Below, piece by piece: positions 12,590 to 26,808 of a stretch of DNA of 64,000 nucleotides. Source of the DNA: Octopus sinensis (Eukaryota); the NCBI RefSeq assembly GCF_006345805.1, contig NC_043015.1, forward strand, positions 42,470,001 to 42,534,000, in the 5' to 3' direction. The translations under genes were made by a program, and so were the position numbers. The notes under the pieces were generated by a model. It was not told the DNA's origin, did not search any database, and saw only the letters and a program-made list of their open reading frames with translations. The stretch's first letter is position 1; every line of letters begins with the position of its first letter.

Positions 12590-13280
12590 TACCAGCACCT
12601 TCTCAACAATTAGCGAGAAATGATTTTTAAAAATGAGAATATTTGAAATAAACTCGACTGCTCTCACAAATGAGAATAGTAAAAATGACCCTGACTGCTC
12701 TCACGTCTGGTACCGGATTGATCCCAAAATCTAATCAATTCGTGCCAGTTATGAGGTCAAATACCCCTGAAAGTTTCACCTGAATCCATCCAGCGGTTCT
12801 TGAGATATCTTGTCCACGGATGGAAGCACTCCGTCGGTTACGACGACGAGGGTTCCGGTTGATCCGAATCAACGGAACAGCCTGCTCGTGAAATTAACGC
12901 GTAAGTGGCTGAGCACTCCACAGACACGTGTACCCTTAACGTAGTTCTCGGTGATATTCAGCGTGACACAGAGAGTGTGAAGGCCGGCCCTTTGAAATAC
13001 AGGTACAACAGAAACAGGAAGTAAGAGTGAGAGAAAGTTGTGGTGAAAGAGTACAGCAGGGATCACCACCATCCCCTGCTGGAGCCTTGTGGAGCTTTAG
13101 GTGTTTTCGCTCAATAAACACTCACAACGCCCGGTCTGGGAATCGAAACCGCGATCCTACGACCGCGAGTCCGCTGCCCTAACCACTGTGCTATTGCGCC
13201 TCCACTGTCCACGGATAAGAAAACAAACAAACACAACTGTAAACAATACCTCTGCCTTCCCCGAGGCAGAGGTAATAATG
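12590..13280 (+). mobile_element. Non-autonomous Helitron/Helentron-like element interrupted by a SINE
   Basis: 3' end aacaatacctctgccttccccgaggcagaggtaat with a short GC hairpin; sequence resumes after the insertion at the duplicated tgtccacggat. Confidence 0.5.
12822..13205 (-). mobile_element. tRNA-headed SINE with 11-bp target-site duplication
   Basis: TSD tgtccacggat at 12811 and 13206. Minus-strand head ...gcgcaatagcacagtggttagggcagcggactcgcggtcgtaggatcgcggtttcgattccc is tRNA-like. Confidence 0.75.
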
Positions 13281-14095
13281 ACAATTATACTACATGGCAA
13301 ATGGACACAGATTTACCTTTTACTAGTTTCAGTCATTGGACTGTGGCTATGCTGGGGCACCGCCTTGAAGGATTTATACAACATAAAAGGCACCCATTCT
13401 GGTGATATATACAAGGCATCCAGTACACTCTGTGGAGTGGTTGGTGTTAAGGGCATCCAGTCATAAAAAAACCAAGCCAAAACAGACTGGAGCCTGGTGC
13501 AGCTCTCTGACTTACCACTTCCGGGTGAAACCATTTAACCCATGCCAGTATGGAAAATGGACACTAAATGATGATGATGATGAATGAATGAAATGGACTT
13601 TTGATCTGTCAGTAAATTGAAATGCTTTATGAGAAAATGTTTCTATTTTTTACAACTGCCTAAGCTTCCTTTTTGACAACTTGGTAGGGTTCTTTTTTTT
13701 TTTTAGAATAACTTAAGGATCTGAAGAAATATGCAAGAAATCTACCTCCTGATAAGATTGAGGCAACGGTTTCTTCAGTAGTGTTGCTTCAATAGTAAAA
13801 GACAAATCAAACAGTGACCACACCTGGCTGTTTAATCCATTTTAGACCACCCCACCTGAGGCCATCATTGGTTCTATGATAAAAACTTCCCTTTGTAAAG
13901 CTAAGTTAAAACCTTCCATCAAAACTTTGGCAGGAATTCCAACCACATTTCATGGTTCACTGCCTCAACAGCTCCTTTAAAGGATCCAGTGGCTAAAGAC
14001 ATCATCAGGAGGAACCACATCCGATTTCAGCCCCATTTTCGACATGGTGCCACACTCAAGCAAAGACACACAAACATACATACACACACACATAT

Positions 14096-14158
<63 letters not shown>

Positions 14159-14280
14159 TTTATTTTAAGCAGCAGAAAATTCAACAAAATCTGTTGATAA
14201 AGCATATTACTCTACCACTGATATTTGAGTACTCTTTTTTCCACCTTGTTTCACATTTATGTGTTACTCCGGTATATATA

Positions 14281-14324
<44 letters not shown>

Positions 14325-14735
14325 GATGGGCTTCTTTCAGGTTTCGTCTGCCAAATCCAGTCACAAGGCTTTGGTCAACCTGAAGTTATAGCAGAAGACA
14401 CTTGCCCAAGGTGCCACACAGTGGGACTGAACCCAGAACCAAGTGGTTGGGAAGCAAGCTTCTTACAACACAGCCACTCTTACGCCTATGTATAACTCCC
14501 TAGACAGCGATGCATGTGTAGCTCTCTACACACATGAATCTCTACGTATATACTTCTACATATGAATATACATGTATACCCGTATACACAAGAACGTGTA
14601 CGTATATCTCTCTATACATAAATTCATACATATATCTGTCTACAGATGCATATGTATATCTCTCTATATGAATGTGTATGTTTGTATATACATAAACACA
14701 CACATGAAAAAGGTCTATGTATACCTCTCCATACA

Positions 14736-14775
<40 letters not shown>

Positions 14776-14777
<2 letters not shown>

Positions 14778-14939
14778 CGCAGGAGTGGCTGTGTGGTAAG
14801 TAGCTTGCTTACCAACCACATGGTTCGGGTTCAGTCCCACTGTGTGGCACCTTGGGCAAGTGTCTTTACTATTAGCCTCGAACCGACCAAAGCCTTGTGA
14901 GTGGATTTGGTAGACGGAAACTGAAAGAAGCCCGTCGTA

Positions 14940-15002
<63 letters not shown>

Positions 15003-15210
15003 TTGTCCCCCTAGCATTGCTTGACAACCGATGCTGGTGTGTTTATGTCCCCGTCACTTAGCGGTTTGGCAAAAGAGACCGATAGAATAAGTACTGGGCT
15101 TACAAAAAAGAATAAGTCTCGGGGTCGAGTTGCTCGATTAAAAAGGTGGTGGGTGCTCCAGCATGGCCGCAGTCAAAATGACTGAAACAAGTAAAAGAGT
15201 AAAAAGAGTA
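14776..15210 (+). mobile_element. tRNA/CORE-type SINE, full length
   Basis: ggcgcaggagtggctgtgtgg head, ccttgggcaagtgt core, internal (AT)n, gaaacaagtaaaagag tail. Confidence 0.85.
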
Positions 15211-15578
15211 TATAAAATATAAAAATTAAAACCGAAATTACACACACACACACACACATATGGAGAGAGAGTGAAGTGGAGGAGGAGGAGGGGGACACTC
15301 AAAGCCCCTATCAAATCTAGCTGCAGTTCGTGAGATAAAACTGAAGTGGGTGTGGGTGGTGGTGGCAGCGGAGGTGAGGGGGGGGTTCAATTCCTTTGTT
15401 AAGCGAAACAAAAACTGCTTCAGAACACAGATGCAGCCAAGCCAGGATTATTCTTTCGTGAACAGACAGTAACAACAACAACAACAGCACTGCCAACACA
15501 AACACCAATTACCAGCAATCAGCACATTTTTTCTCGGGCGACACACAGAAAGTGCACATGCAATATAGCTGCGCATAT

Positions 15579-15615
<37 letters not shown>

Positions 15616-15698
15616 CATACACACACACATATATATACACACCACACACATATATATATATATACACACACACACATATATATATTACAACACACACA

Positions 15699-15729
<31 letters not shown>

Positions 15730-16403
15730 TATATATCTACATATATATACACACACATACATATATATATATACACACACATACATACATATATATATAT
15801 ATACACACACACACACATATATACACACATATTATATATACACACAACCCCACACATATATATTACATATATACACACACACACACACATATATATATAT
15901 ACACACCACCAACACCACATATATAAATATAATTCTACACACACACACACATATAATATACACACCACCACATATATACACACACACATATATATATAAA
16001 TATATATATACACACGCACACGGTTATTTCTGTATGGTAGTGAAGTAAGGATGGTGGTAACATTATCTAATTATTATTATTATTATTTATTATTATTATT
16101 CAGAGTTGCATTTAGTCGAAGATGCCGTAAAAATAAGACGTGACTAAATTCTTCTGCGAGTTTTTTTGTTTCAACCAAACAACGGCGGAATATAAAAGAC
16201 CAAGCAAAGACCAAGCTGGGGCACCGCTTCCACCGAGTGGCTCTTGTTTATAGTTTAGAGTTTGCCGAGCGAAATATTTGGTGTTTTCTCTGGAGAACTA
16301 AATAATAAATACGTATATGCGTGTTTACACACACACACACATACACGTGCGTATGTATGTATGTGCCGTCAAAATACTATTTGTGATAGGTGTGAATGTT
16401 ATA

Positions 16404-16503
16404 NNNNNNNNNNNNNNNNNNNNNNNNNNNNNNNNNNNNNNNNNNNNNNNNNNNNNNNNNNNNNNNNNNNNNNNNNNNNNNNNNNNNNNNNNNNNNNNNN
16501 NNN
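16404..16503. other. Assembly gap (100 N)
   Basis: Run of exactly 100 N, the usual placeholder for a gap of unknown size. Confidence 0.99.
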
Positions 16504-16915
16504 TCCTCATGAAGCCCGTCCTCTCTTACCGCTAGTAAATTCACATGTATTATAAAAGAAATCCTGGCCTGGGATTTTTCTGTCCTTTCGCTCATTCACT
16601 CACTCACTAATTCATTCATTCATTCATTCATTCATTCATTTATTTATTTATTTATTTATTCATTCAAGAGTTTTTTAAAAGCACCAAACAACTAACTTAT
16701 TCTGAAATCTCTACCTCGTTATTGTTTTTTTTTTCGAGGATTAATATATCAGAAACATAATAGACACACAAGTTCGTTATATAAGCAACCACACACACGG
16801 AAGATCATAGAAACACACATCCGTGTATTTAATATACACTGTGTGCGTATATATATAATATATATTATATATATTGCTCCAGTATGGCCACAATCATTGG
16901 ACTGAAACATAAAGC

Positions 16916-16963
<48 letters not shown>

Positions 16964-16984
16964 ATACATATATTATATATACAC

Positions 16985-17034
<50 letters not shown>

Positions 17035-17194
17035 TATACAGATATATATACATATATATACATACATATATAATACATATATATATACATACATATACGC
17101 ACATACATATACACACATACTATATATAAATTTTTTTTTATTATTTTTCTAGTTTCAGCTCACAAGCTGTGGCCATGCTGGGGCACCGATATAT

Positions 17195-17232
<38 letters not shown>

Positions 17233-17820
17233 GGGGAGAGAGAGATTGGAGAAAGAGAGACGTGTATATATATTAATACTAATTCATATTTATTTCAATA
17301 TTTGTGCGATTTTCTACAGATCTGTATATTGCTACCATATTCTAATCTTGCGTATAAATATTATTTTAGAATACACATGGACAGACCCAGTCTCTCCCAC
17401 CACATCGAACTGCACATTCACTAAATTTATATATCTTAGCCAGAAAATTGGCTGAATTTCATTTCCACAGACATTATTTGTACTCTTAACGCAAATCCAC
17501 AGCCAGAACCAACGCGACACACAATGTGCGTATGTTTGGAGACCAAAGCTGGTTGGTCCCTTTGAATTTACAAGGTGCAAGGTCCTTCTGATGAGATTTT
17601 CTCCCACTCACAATGCATACAAAGGGGTTGCGGGCGGGGAGCAACCCGAGGCGAGGGTAAAAGATATTGGGGGAAGCAATTAAAAGGACGAAGTACCCCC
17701 CTATCTCGGATATCGGGTCATGCTCGTTCGTTTCGGCATCGGAAACGCGCTAAGAGTACAAGTGCCTGTCGAATTGTTCAGCTACTTCCACGTTAACTAA
17801 ATGATTTAATGTACAGAGCG

Positions 17821-17856
<36 letters not shown>

Positions 17857-19341
17857 TTATATATATATAATATAATATATATATATATTATATATATATA
17901 TATATGTATATGTATATGTATACATATACCATGTATATGTATATGTATACATATACATGTATATGTATATATACATACATATATATGTAATATATACATA
18001 CAGTAATATATGTATATATACATACATATATATGTATATATACATAATATATATTATATATATATATATAATATGTATATATACATACATATATATGTAT
18101 ATATATATACATATGTTATATATATATACATATGTATAAATAGATATACATACATATATATGTATATATATATACTATGGTATATATATATACATATGGT
18201 ATATATATATATACATATGTATATATTATATATTATATAATATACATAGTATATATTATATATATGCTATACATATGTATATATATATATATATTATAGA
18301 TATATATATACATATGGTATTATATATATATATATTATATATTTATAATATATACATATTAATATATATATCATATATATAATACCTATGTATATATACA
18401 TAATGTATATATATATATTATATATATACATATGTATATATTATATATATAATATATATGATATATATACTATCATATGTATATATATATATATAGATAT
18501 ATATCTAATTATAATATAATATGTCTATATATATATATATATAGATCTACATATGTATATATATATATATACAATATGTATATCTTATACTATACATATG
18601 TCTATATATATACTTATATATATAACATATGTAATATAGATATCTACATATGTATCTCCTCTATATACCTATGTATATATCTATATATATCCATCTGTAT
18701 ATCTATATATATATCTACATATGTCTATATCTATATATCTATACATCTGTATATATCGATATCTATATCCCTCTATCTATATCTATATATATCCCATATG
18801 TATATCTATATATATACATATAATCTCTAATAATATAATACATACATGTGTATATATTATACCTACATATATACCATGCACATATATATATATACATACA
18901 TATATATATATATATATGGCCAGTCAAACATTAACTAACGGATCGCTCAAATACCTTAAGCAGATTAACACAATTTCTTTTACAAGGTTGATAGTGACTT
19001 CGCCTGACTGACAGACGGAAAAGCAAACGAACCGAGACTTCGAAGTCGCTGTCAACCGCTTTCGTTCGCGGGCGCGCACTGGCGCCGTACGCGTGTATTT
19101 CCGCGCGCACACACAATATGTACTTTTAACAGCGAACTGCTAAAACGAGAATTTACGACCAACAGATAATATTAAACACATATTAAAACAGAAACCCAAT
19201 CACATCACACAGACAGACAGATATAGACAGATACACACATGCATGAGAGGATCCGCGTTTTACGCATGAATGGTTTTCATTTACTATAGCGATCGACAAT
19301 ATACGTTTAAAAATATCCCCCTTCAGTCCTGAAATAGCTAT

Positions 19342-19375
<34 letters not shown>

Positions 19376-20483
19376 TTCCCCTTACAAATGAAATTACAAT
19401 ATTATCAATAAGCAAAGGCGTTGAAAAGAAGGATTTCATTTTAATTTCACGCTTCGCTGAATTATTGCCACCTGTCTTTTCACCTCGTTTATTTTGAGTA
19501 TTCCTCGTCTAAAGCTCTTAACAATCACTCTCAACAGCATCTCTACGGCCTTTCGTTTTCCTTGAAGCATCAACAAAATTATCCAAGCCACGTTGTTTAT
19601 TTATCTATAGTAACCCGAAGTCAGCTCTGATCTAGCAGACTTCATGCGATACGACCGTGACGCCCCTCCTCCTCCAAGATATAACAATATTTAAGGAGAT
19701 ATATTCGAGTGTTGTCCTTCATTTCTCTTTAAGATGCTAGAATAAAATTTGCGGGAGTTTGGTTCCTGTGTCTAGCAGGTCTTCGAGATTCTATTGTGGG
19801 GTTCCTTGGAAACAAACTTTATCATTTTTGCAGCGTGGTCGCAGACGTAAGAGTTGAGGAAAATAATAATGTCGAATTAGTAAGGTGGGGAGTACACACA
19901 CACATACATACACACACACATACTTCTTTCTCTATTGGCAAGAAATCTTGAAATAAATTGAATAATAACATACATACGTATGTGCATGCATGCGTGCGTA
20001 TGTGTGATCAATTCAAGGTTCGTTTTCCCATGCTTACTACAGATATAGTTTGTGCATCTGTGTATTTACATATGTACACATCATCGGTGGTTTACGTTCA
20101 CTTTCCATGTCAGCATGGGTTGGATAGGTCATTGCTGCTCTCCCTAGATAGGTCAAACAACTTCATCGCATTCATAAGTTTCATTTTCGCCCCCCCCCCC
20201 AGCTGGATACCTTTCCTAATGCCAACCATTTTACAAAGTGTACAAGGGACATTTTATCATGGTATTGGCACTAGGGAGAATAGGGATGAGAGCACAACGG
20301 ATGGCAAGGGGTTCGGATAAATGGAGGGAATGAATGACTGACAGATATCGATACCACATGGTCACCAGACATTGTACACTTTTGGCCTGTGTATTCTACT
20401 AAAGTACCAGGACAACCAAAGGCTTGTGAGTAGATTTGATAGATGAAAACTGAAAGAAACCTATCGTATACACACACAGACAC

Positions 20484-20558
<75 letters not shown>

Positions 20559-21100
20559 TATAGTAATTCCTCGACTATCGCAGGTGTTATGTTCCAAAAC
20601 CTTGTGATAGGTGAACATGCGATATGGTGAGGGATTACTCTATATGTATATATATTGATTTCAAGTTTTGGCACAAGGACAGCAATTTCATGGAAAGGAG
20701 TAGGTCGATTACATTGACCCCAGTAATCAAATGGTACTTATTTAATCACCCCCGAGAGAATGAAAGACAAAGTCAACCTCAGCGAAATTTGAACTCAGAA
20801 CATGAAGACAAACGGAACACTTAAGCATTTCGCCCAGTGTGCTAATGATTCTGCCAGCTCACCACCTTATTATATCTATACACACACACATCATCATCGT
20901 TTAATGTCCGCTTTCCATGCTGGCAGAGGTTGGACGGTTTGACTGAGGACTGGCAAACCAGAAGGCTGTACCAGTCTCCAATCTGATCTGGCAGAGTTTC
21001 TACAGCTGGATGCCCTTCCTGATGCCAACCACTCTGAGAGTGTAGAGGGTGCTTTTTATGTGCCACTGGCAAAGGAGTCAGTCAGGCAGCCCTGGCATCA

Positions 21101-21146
<46 letters not shown>

Positions 21147-22229
21147 TGTATACATACAGATATGTGTGTGTGTGTATATATATATATATAAGGAGTTTTC
21201 CTCAACTGACTTACAGTAAAAGGTATGTACTATGAGTGCTCTGTTTAGTTCACCACTAACACTCTGGCTTAAACTGCAACTGAACGTGTGATGCTGAGAC
21301 TGCGTATCAGATGCAGCTATAGGAGGTTCTTCCCTGAGCAGAGCTTGTGTGTGTATGCACATTTATAGTACGGTGGTTGTACTATATATGTGTGGTGGTT
21401 GTCAACTAGATTACAAGCATAACCACTGTTATACTGCAACATATCCCTATAACAAGTTTGGTTACATTTCTACCAAGATGACCATATAGCCCTGATTTTG
21501 TTCTGGAAGTTTTTTGTAACAAATGCAGCAATATAATTTGGTCAACAATCCCACCAACAATAAGCTCAGCTTTTATATCCAAACTAGATTTTCAGTGGAC
21601 AGAGGATGAGCACACACCTTTAGACACAAAAAATGCAGCCCTTTTTTTGGACTGCATTAGTAGAGTTGCCAGAGCTTTATACATATAAGCACTCCACATT
21701 GCTCTCCCAATCGTATCAGGACAATTACCCCCCAATCTCTAATAAGAAGTTTTAAATCATATGTTGCCCTCAGGGGGTTATTGTCTACGGGGGGGGGGGG
21801 GGTAAATATCCTAGATTCCTCCCAATATGTTACCTATCATCGAGACAACTGGCTTCTGAAAGTGTATCACCTATGGACCCTCTGCCATGGAGTACCTCAA
21901 CACCCAACATTTAACCATTTTGATACTAACCCACCTGAGACTACCCTTGGTCCTACGATAAAAACTTCCTGTTTTAACCCTTTAGCATTTAAACTGGCCA
22001 TACCCGGCCCAAATATTCTTCCTGTTTTATGTTTAAACTGGCCAGATCTGGTTTCTCTCACCTACTCTAGAATGTCATTCTAAAAAGATTAATTGTTACC
22101 TCATTAAAATCTCACAGCTACAAGATAATGCATGATTAATTCAAAACAATGTGGATAAATAAACATTACCTTTGACAGAATAATGTGAATGATAAAAGGG
22201 TTGAAGTGATTTAAATGAAAACATTTCCT

Positions 22230-22440
22230 CAAATGCGATGATGTAAGCCTTATAGAGGCAAAGTTCGATAGGTGGTTTCAAGTCTAGACTCATTCTTCCA
22301 GTGGCCCAGATATAACTGAAGCCTTCTCAATCCTAAAGTTGATTTTGGAATTTAGGGATCTATCCCTGCAGACAGAGTTGTCAAGATATATAAAAGAATC
22401 TACCACATCAAGTCCATCCATGTCCATTCTCGAGCAGATG
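22230..22440 (-). pseudogene. Decayed RTE-type LINE reverse-transcriptase fragment
   Basis: Minus frame LDVVDSFIYLDNSVCRDRSLNSKINFRIEKAS resembles the RTE 'V..F.YLGS...I..RI.KAS' segment. Confidence 0.55.
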
Positions 22441-23579
22441 TAAGCATCATCTTAGTTTTCTTTAGAATTATCGTTAGTGTGATCGTTACCAGCGTCGCCT
22501 TACTGGCACTTGTGCCCGTGCTAGTAGGGTGCCAAGAGCACCATTCGAGTGTGATCATTGCCAGAGCAGCCAACTGGCTTCCGTGCTGGTGGCACGTAAA
22601 AAGGGCACCATTCGAGTGTGATAGTCACCAATGTCGCCTTACTGGCACCTGTGCTGGTGACATGTGTAAAAAGATTCAAGCGAGGTCGTTGCCAGTACTG
22701 CCTGACTGGCCCCCATGCCGGTGGCACGTAAAAGCACCCACTACACTCTCAGAGTGGTTGGCGTTAGAAAGGGCATCCAGCTGTAGAAACTCTGTTAAAT
22801 CAAGATTGGAGCCTGTTGCAGCCATCTGGTTCACCAGCCCTCAGTCAAAATCGTCCAACCCATATTAGCATGGAAAGCGGACGTTAAACGATGATGATGA
22901 TGTTGATGATGATTGCATGTTCAATACAGTAGAGGCAATAGAGGACAGGTTCATAATTTTCGAAATGACTCGTTTTGAATGAGCCACAAGAACACAATCA
23001 TCAACATATAACAAATTGTAAACAAGAGTTATAAAAGTACTTGATTTAGACTTGAAATCAACCCATCAACATTTAGGTAACTCTGTCAAACATAATGCTT
23101 ATTTGTACACCTTGTTTTGTCTTAATCATAGAATATCTCGCAGCTTGAGTATTTTGATGATGATCATCATCATCGTTTAACATCCGTTTTCCATGCTGGC
23201 ATGGTTGGACGGTTCGACCGGGGTCTGGGAAGCCAGGAGGCTGCACCAAGCTCCAGTCTGATCTGGCAGTGTTTCTACAGCTGGATGCCCTTCCTAACGC
23301 CAACCACTCCAAGAGTGAAGTGGGTGCTTTTTACGTGCCACCGGCACAGGTGTCAGGCAAGGCTGGCAACGGACACAATTGGTTGGTGCTTTTTACATGC
23401 CACTGGCATGGAAGCCAGTCAAGGCGGTGCTGGTATCGGCCACATTCGGATGGTGCATTTTACATGCCACCAGCACAGGTATCACAACTACAATTTCCAT
23501 TTCATTTTTTGAAAATTGTCAAATAGAAATTGTAGTTGTGATACCTGTGCCAGTGGTGGCAACATCAGTTTATTTTTAG

Positions 23580-23962
23580 AACTAGCACTATGACCCGGCA
23601 ACGCCGGTACATAGCACTAGTGCATGCATATACAACTGTGTGCGTGCGCACATACACGCGAGTACTGTCCAAATCTCTGACCACTCACATACAGGTAGCT
23701 GGCATTCAATTGGTGTATCAAGTTTCGGGCATTTTGATTGGGTTTTGGATAGAAAATTCACAAAAAAGTCACTTGATTGATTTTTTAATGGCTTTGCGGG
23801 GTGACTGAGGAAATGTAAAGATGTGCACGACCACCCTTGGACGGTTTTGAATGACCATAGAAAGTGCGAGCCCTCTAACTAAAAAATTGTGGATGTGTAT
23901 AAAGGACATGCACACACACACACACACACACAGACATTTTGCCGTTTATATGTATAGAGATG
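23580..23962 (+). mobile_element. Non-autonomous Helitron-like (HINE/DINE-style) element
   Basis: Starts actagcactatgacccggcaacgccgg; ends (ca)n-gacattttgccgtttatatgtatagagat, like the copy at 61193. Confidence 0.55.
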
Positions 23963-24532
23963 ACATTGTAGGGCAAGTGTGAGAGGGCAAAGATAGCCAG
24001 TTTCAACATAAAACTGATAAAATACTCGGGCCAGATGCAGCCAGTTTAAATCGTTTACGTGTTGTGTGTGATAGTGGGACAAAGATGTCTAGATTGGAGC
24101 CCTTAAAAATGCATGAGCAATCACCATTAGCAAAAAGGATATGGAAAACAAAGCCGGCGCAAGTACATCCTTCTGGACCACTGGAACCAGATTCTACCAA
24201 GTGCTATTTGAGCTGAAGTAGGCCTCCATACCAATGTGCAGTAAGACAAACAAATCAACAGACTTAAGTGGCCACCCCAACTTTCTCAAGATTCTCCATA
24301 TCTATTCATGACAGAATTTAACTACATTCCTCTCACCCACTTGTGAAATACTCCCCTAACCCCTACCCCCAATCTACTGTCCACATTCTCACTTGTACTC
24401 GCCTTATTGTACCTTAAGAGTTTTCTCCGATGCCTACCCCCGCCCCCACCAAATTTATCTTCTTCCCACTTACTCCCACATGCTGTGGGTTAGTCATGTG
24501 TCTCCTCTATAACAATATACCTGCATGTGATA

Positions 24533-24715
24533 GGCGGCGAGCTGGCATAACCATTAGCACATCGAGTGAAATGCTTAGTGGTATTTCGTCTGCCGTTACG
24601 TTCTGAGTTCAAATTCCGCCAAGGTCGACTTTGCCTTTCATCCTTTCGGGGTCGATAAATTAAGTACCAGTTATGCACTGGGGTCGATGTAATCGACTTG
24701 ATCCCTTTGTCTGCC
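24533..24715 (+). mobile_element. Second tRNA-derived SINE family
   Basis: ggcggcgagctggca...gagttcaaattccgcc...ctttgcctttcatcctttcggggtcgataaattaagtaccag. Further copies at about 5590, 8080, 20690, 25630, 29240, 31240 and 62970. Confidence 0.75.
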
Positions 24716-24992
24716 CCCCCCCATGTTTAGCGCCTTGTGGGTGATAAAGAGATAAATACACCTGCATGTGATCCTCTATTATACTTCAGCATCAAAACAC
24801 CTGGCATAAAGCCATCTCTCCCTTCTCAAATACCCCCCTCCCCACTTAACCAAACAACTTTTCTTTTTTTTTTCTGGTCCTGCAAGTCACTTGGTGACCT
24901 CACTAGTGCCAATAACATGATAAAAGCATCCAGTGCACAGTGTAAAGTGGTTGGCATTAGAAAGGGAAACCAGCCATAGAAACCATGCTAAA

Positions 24993-25380
24993 GTGGCTGT
25001 GTGGTAAGTAACTTACTTATGAACCACACGGTTCCAGGTTCAGTCCCACTGCGTGGCACCTTGGGCAAGTGTCTTCTACTATAGCCTTGGGCCGACCAAA
25101 GCCTTGTGAGTGGATTTGGTAGATGGAAACTGAAAGAAGCCCATCATGTGTGTGTGTATGTTTGTGTGTCTGTGTTTGTCCCTCCAATATCGCTTGACAA
25201 CCGGTGCTGGTGTGTTTACGTTCCCATAACTTAGCGGTTCGGCTAAAGAACCAATAGAATAAGTACTAGGCTTACAAAAAATAAGTTCTGGGGGTCAATT
25301 TGCTCAACTAAAGGTGGTGCTGCAGCATGGCCACAGTCAAATCACTGAAACAAGTAAAAGAGAGTAAAAAAGAGGGTAAA
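24993..25380 (+). mobile_element. tRNA/CORE-type SINE
   Basis: Same family as 14776-15210. Confidence 0.8.
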
Positions 25381-25861
25381 GAGAGAGTGGGGCTTGACGC
25401 AGTCCTGCAGCTCATTGGATCTTGTCAAAAGAAAAAAAGGTCAAAGGGAAGTCTGGACTGTTACAAATTCTTTCGCAACTGTCTGATGCTAAGGATCATA
25501 TGTGTGGTGCCCCTCCCAAATCTAAATCCCCACTGAAGCACTGGGACAACGATGATGGAGCATACATAAGTCTACTGCCAATTCACGAAAAACCTGGTGA
25601 ATATCTTACCAACAGTTACAAGCAAAGAAATACCTACTTCTTTACTACCCAAAAGGGGTTAAACACAGAGGGGACAAGCAAGGACAGACAAACGGATTAA
25701 GTTAATTACATCGACCCCAATGCGTAACTGGTACTTAATTTATTGCCCCCGAAAGGATGAAAGGCAAAGTCGACCTCGGTGGAATTTGAACTCAGAACGC
25801 AGCGGTGGATGAAATACCGCAAAGCATTTCGCCTGGCGTGCTAACATTTCTGCCAGTTAAC

Positions 25862-26340
25862 ACAATTGAGCTTGACACCTTCTTTGTACAGTGAAATCAG
25901 TGTAGTGTGCCACCAACCCAGTGGAACTGGTGAACCATTGCCTTCATTGACAATTATGGTGGTGGTGGCAAGATCAGCCCTTACACCAAGCTTGGCAATC
26001 ACAGCTGGTACGTCATTGGATCTATGGAGCTTTTCCTGGCTGCAGCAAGTCTTCTACAAATTCTCATCCATTGTTGATGGATTGTGAAAAACAGATCTGC
26101 AAAATACTACATCAACCTTTTCAGCAGTAGATCCATCTCTAGAATGGAGAGGAGCACAGGTTGATTGGATAGGACCAAATATTAGTTTTGAAGTCCTTTT
26201 CACTAAGGTGAGTGGAATATCTATGCATATGCTTGACCATTACCCATTCTTCGGTGTTCCCAGTGAAGTTGGTTTATGGTGCTTCATGTAGTTCTCTGTA
26301 ATCAGATATTGCTTTCTCAGAGAATTAGAAGCAATTTTAA
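25862..26340 (-). pseudogene. Decayed LINE (RTE-like) ORF fragment
   Basis: Minus-strand remnants KAP..SNDVPAVIAKLG and WWHTTLISLYKEG resemble the pre-RT 'KAPGPDGIP..' and 'W....I..LYKKG' motifs; stops and frameshifts present. Confidence 0.45.
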
Positions 26341-26399
26341 GAGCAGTATGTATACATGCATTTACGTATACATCTATTTATATAAACACACATACATGC

Positions 26400-26800
26400 A
26401 TTTACATACACACACAGTTATACATATATTATGCATATACATATACAGTGAAACAAACATATGCATATACATATATGTGCATATACAGTTATACATACAT
26501 GTGCACATACAGTTATACATACATGTGCACATACAGTTATTATACACACATATGCATATACAGTTATACATACATGTACATATACAGTTATTATATACAC
26601 ATGTGCATAAACAGTTATACATACATATGCACATACAGTTATTATACATACATGTGCACATACAATTATTATACACATGTATGTACATAGTTATATATAC
26701 ATATGCACATAGTTATTATACATACATGTGCACATAGTTATACATACATGTGCACATACAGTTATACACAGATATATATATAAACAAAATGTTATACACA
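26400..26800. repeat. 24-27-bp minisatellite
   Basis: Tandem (tacatacatgtgcacatacagttat[tat])n. Confidence 0.9.
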
Positions 26801-26808
26801 TACACATA

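Noticed and set aside
16530-16595. Minus-strand mini-exon MSERTEKSQARISFIIHVNLLA followed by GTAAGA
   Set aside because: Not recognisable, adjacent to the gap and to (TCAT)n repeats; could easily be chance.
17332-17607. 91-aa minus-strand ORF as a macoilin exon or other protein
   Set aside because: No resemblance to macoilin or any family I recognise; non-ATG start; no supporting splice frame.
15509-18830. Long Y/I/C/V/M-rich ORFs in the track (also 960-1272, 26276-26737, 30103-30633)
   Set aside because: Translations of (AT)n/(AC)n/(ATAC)n microsatellites and minisatellites.
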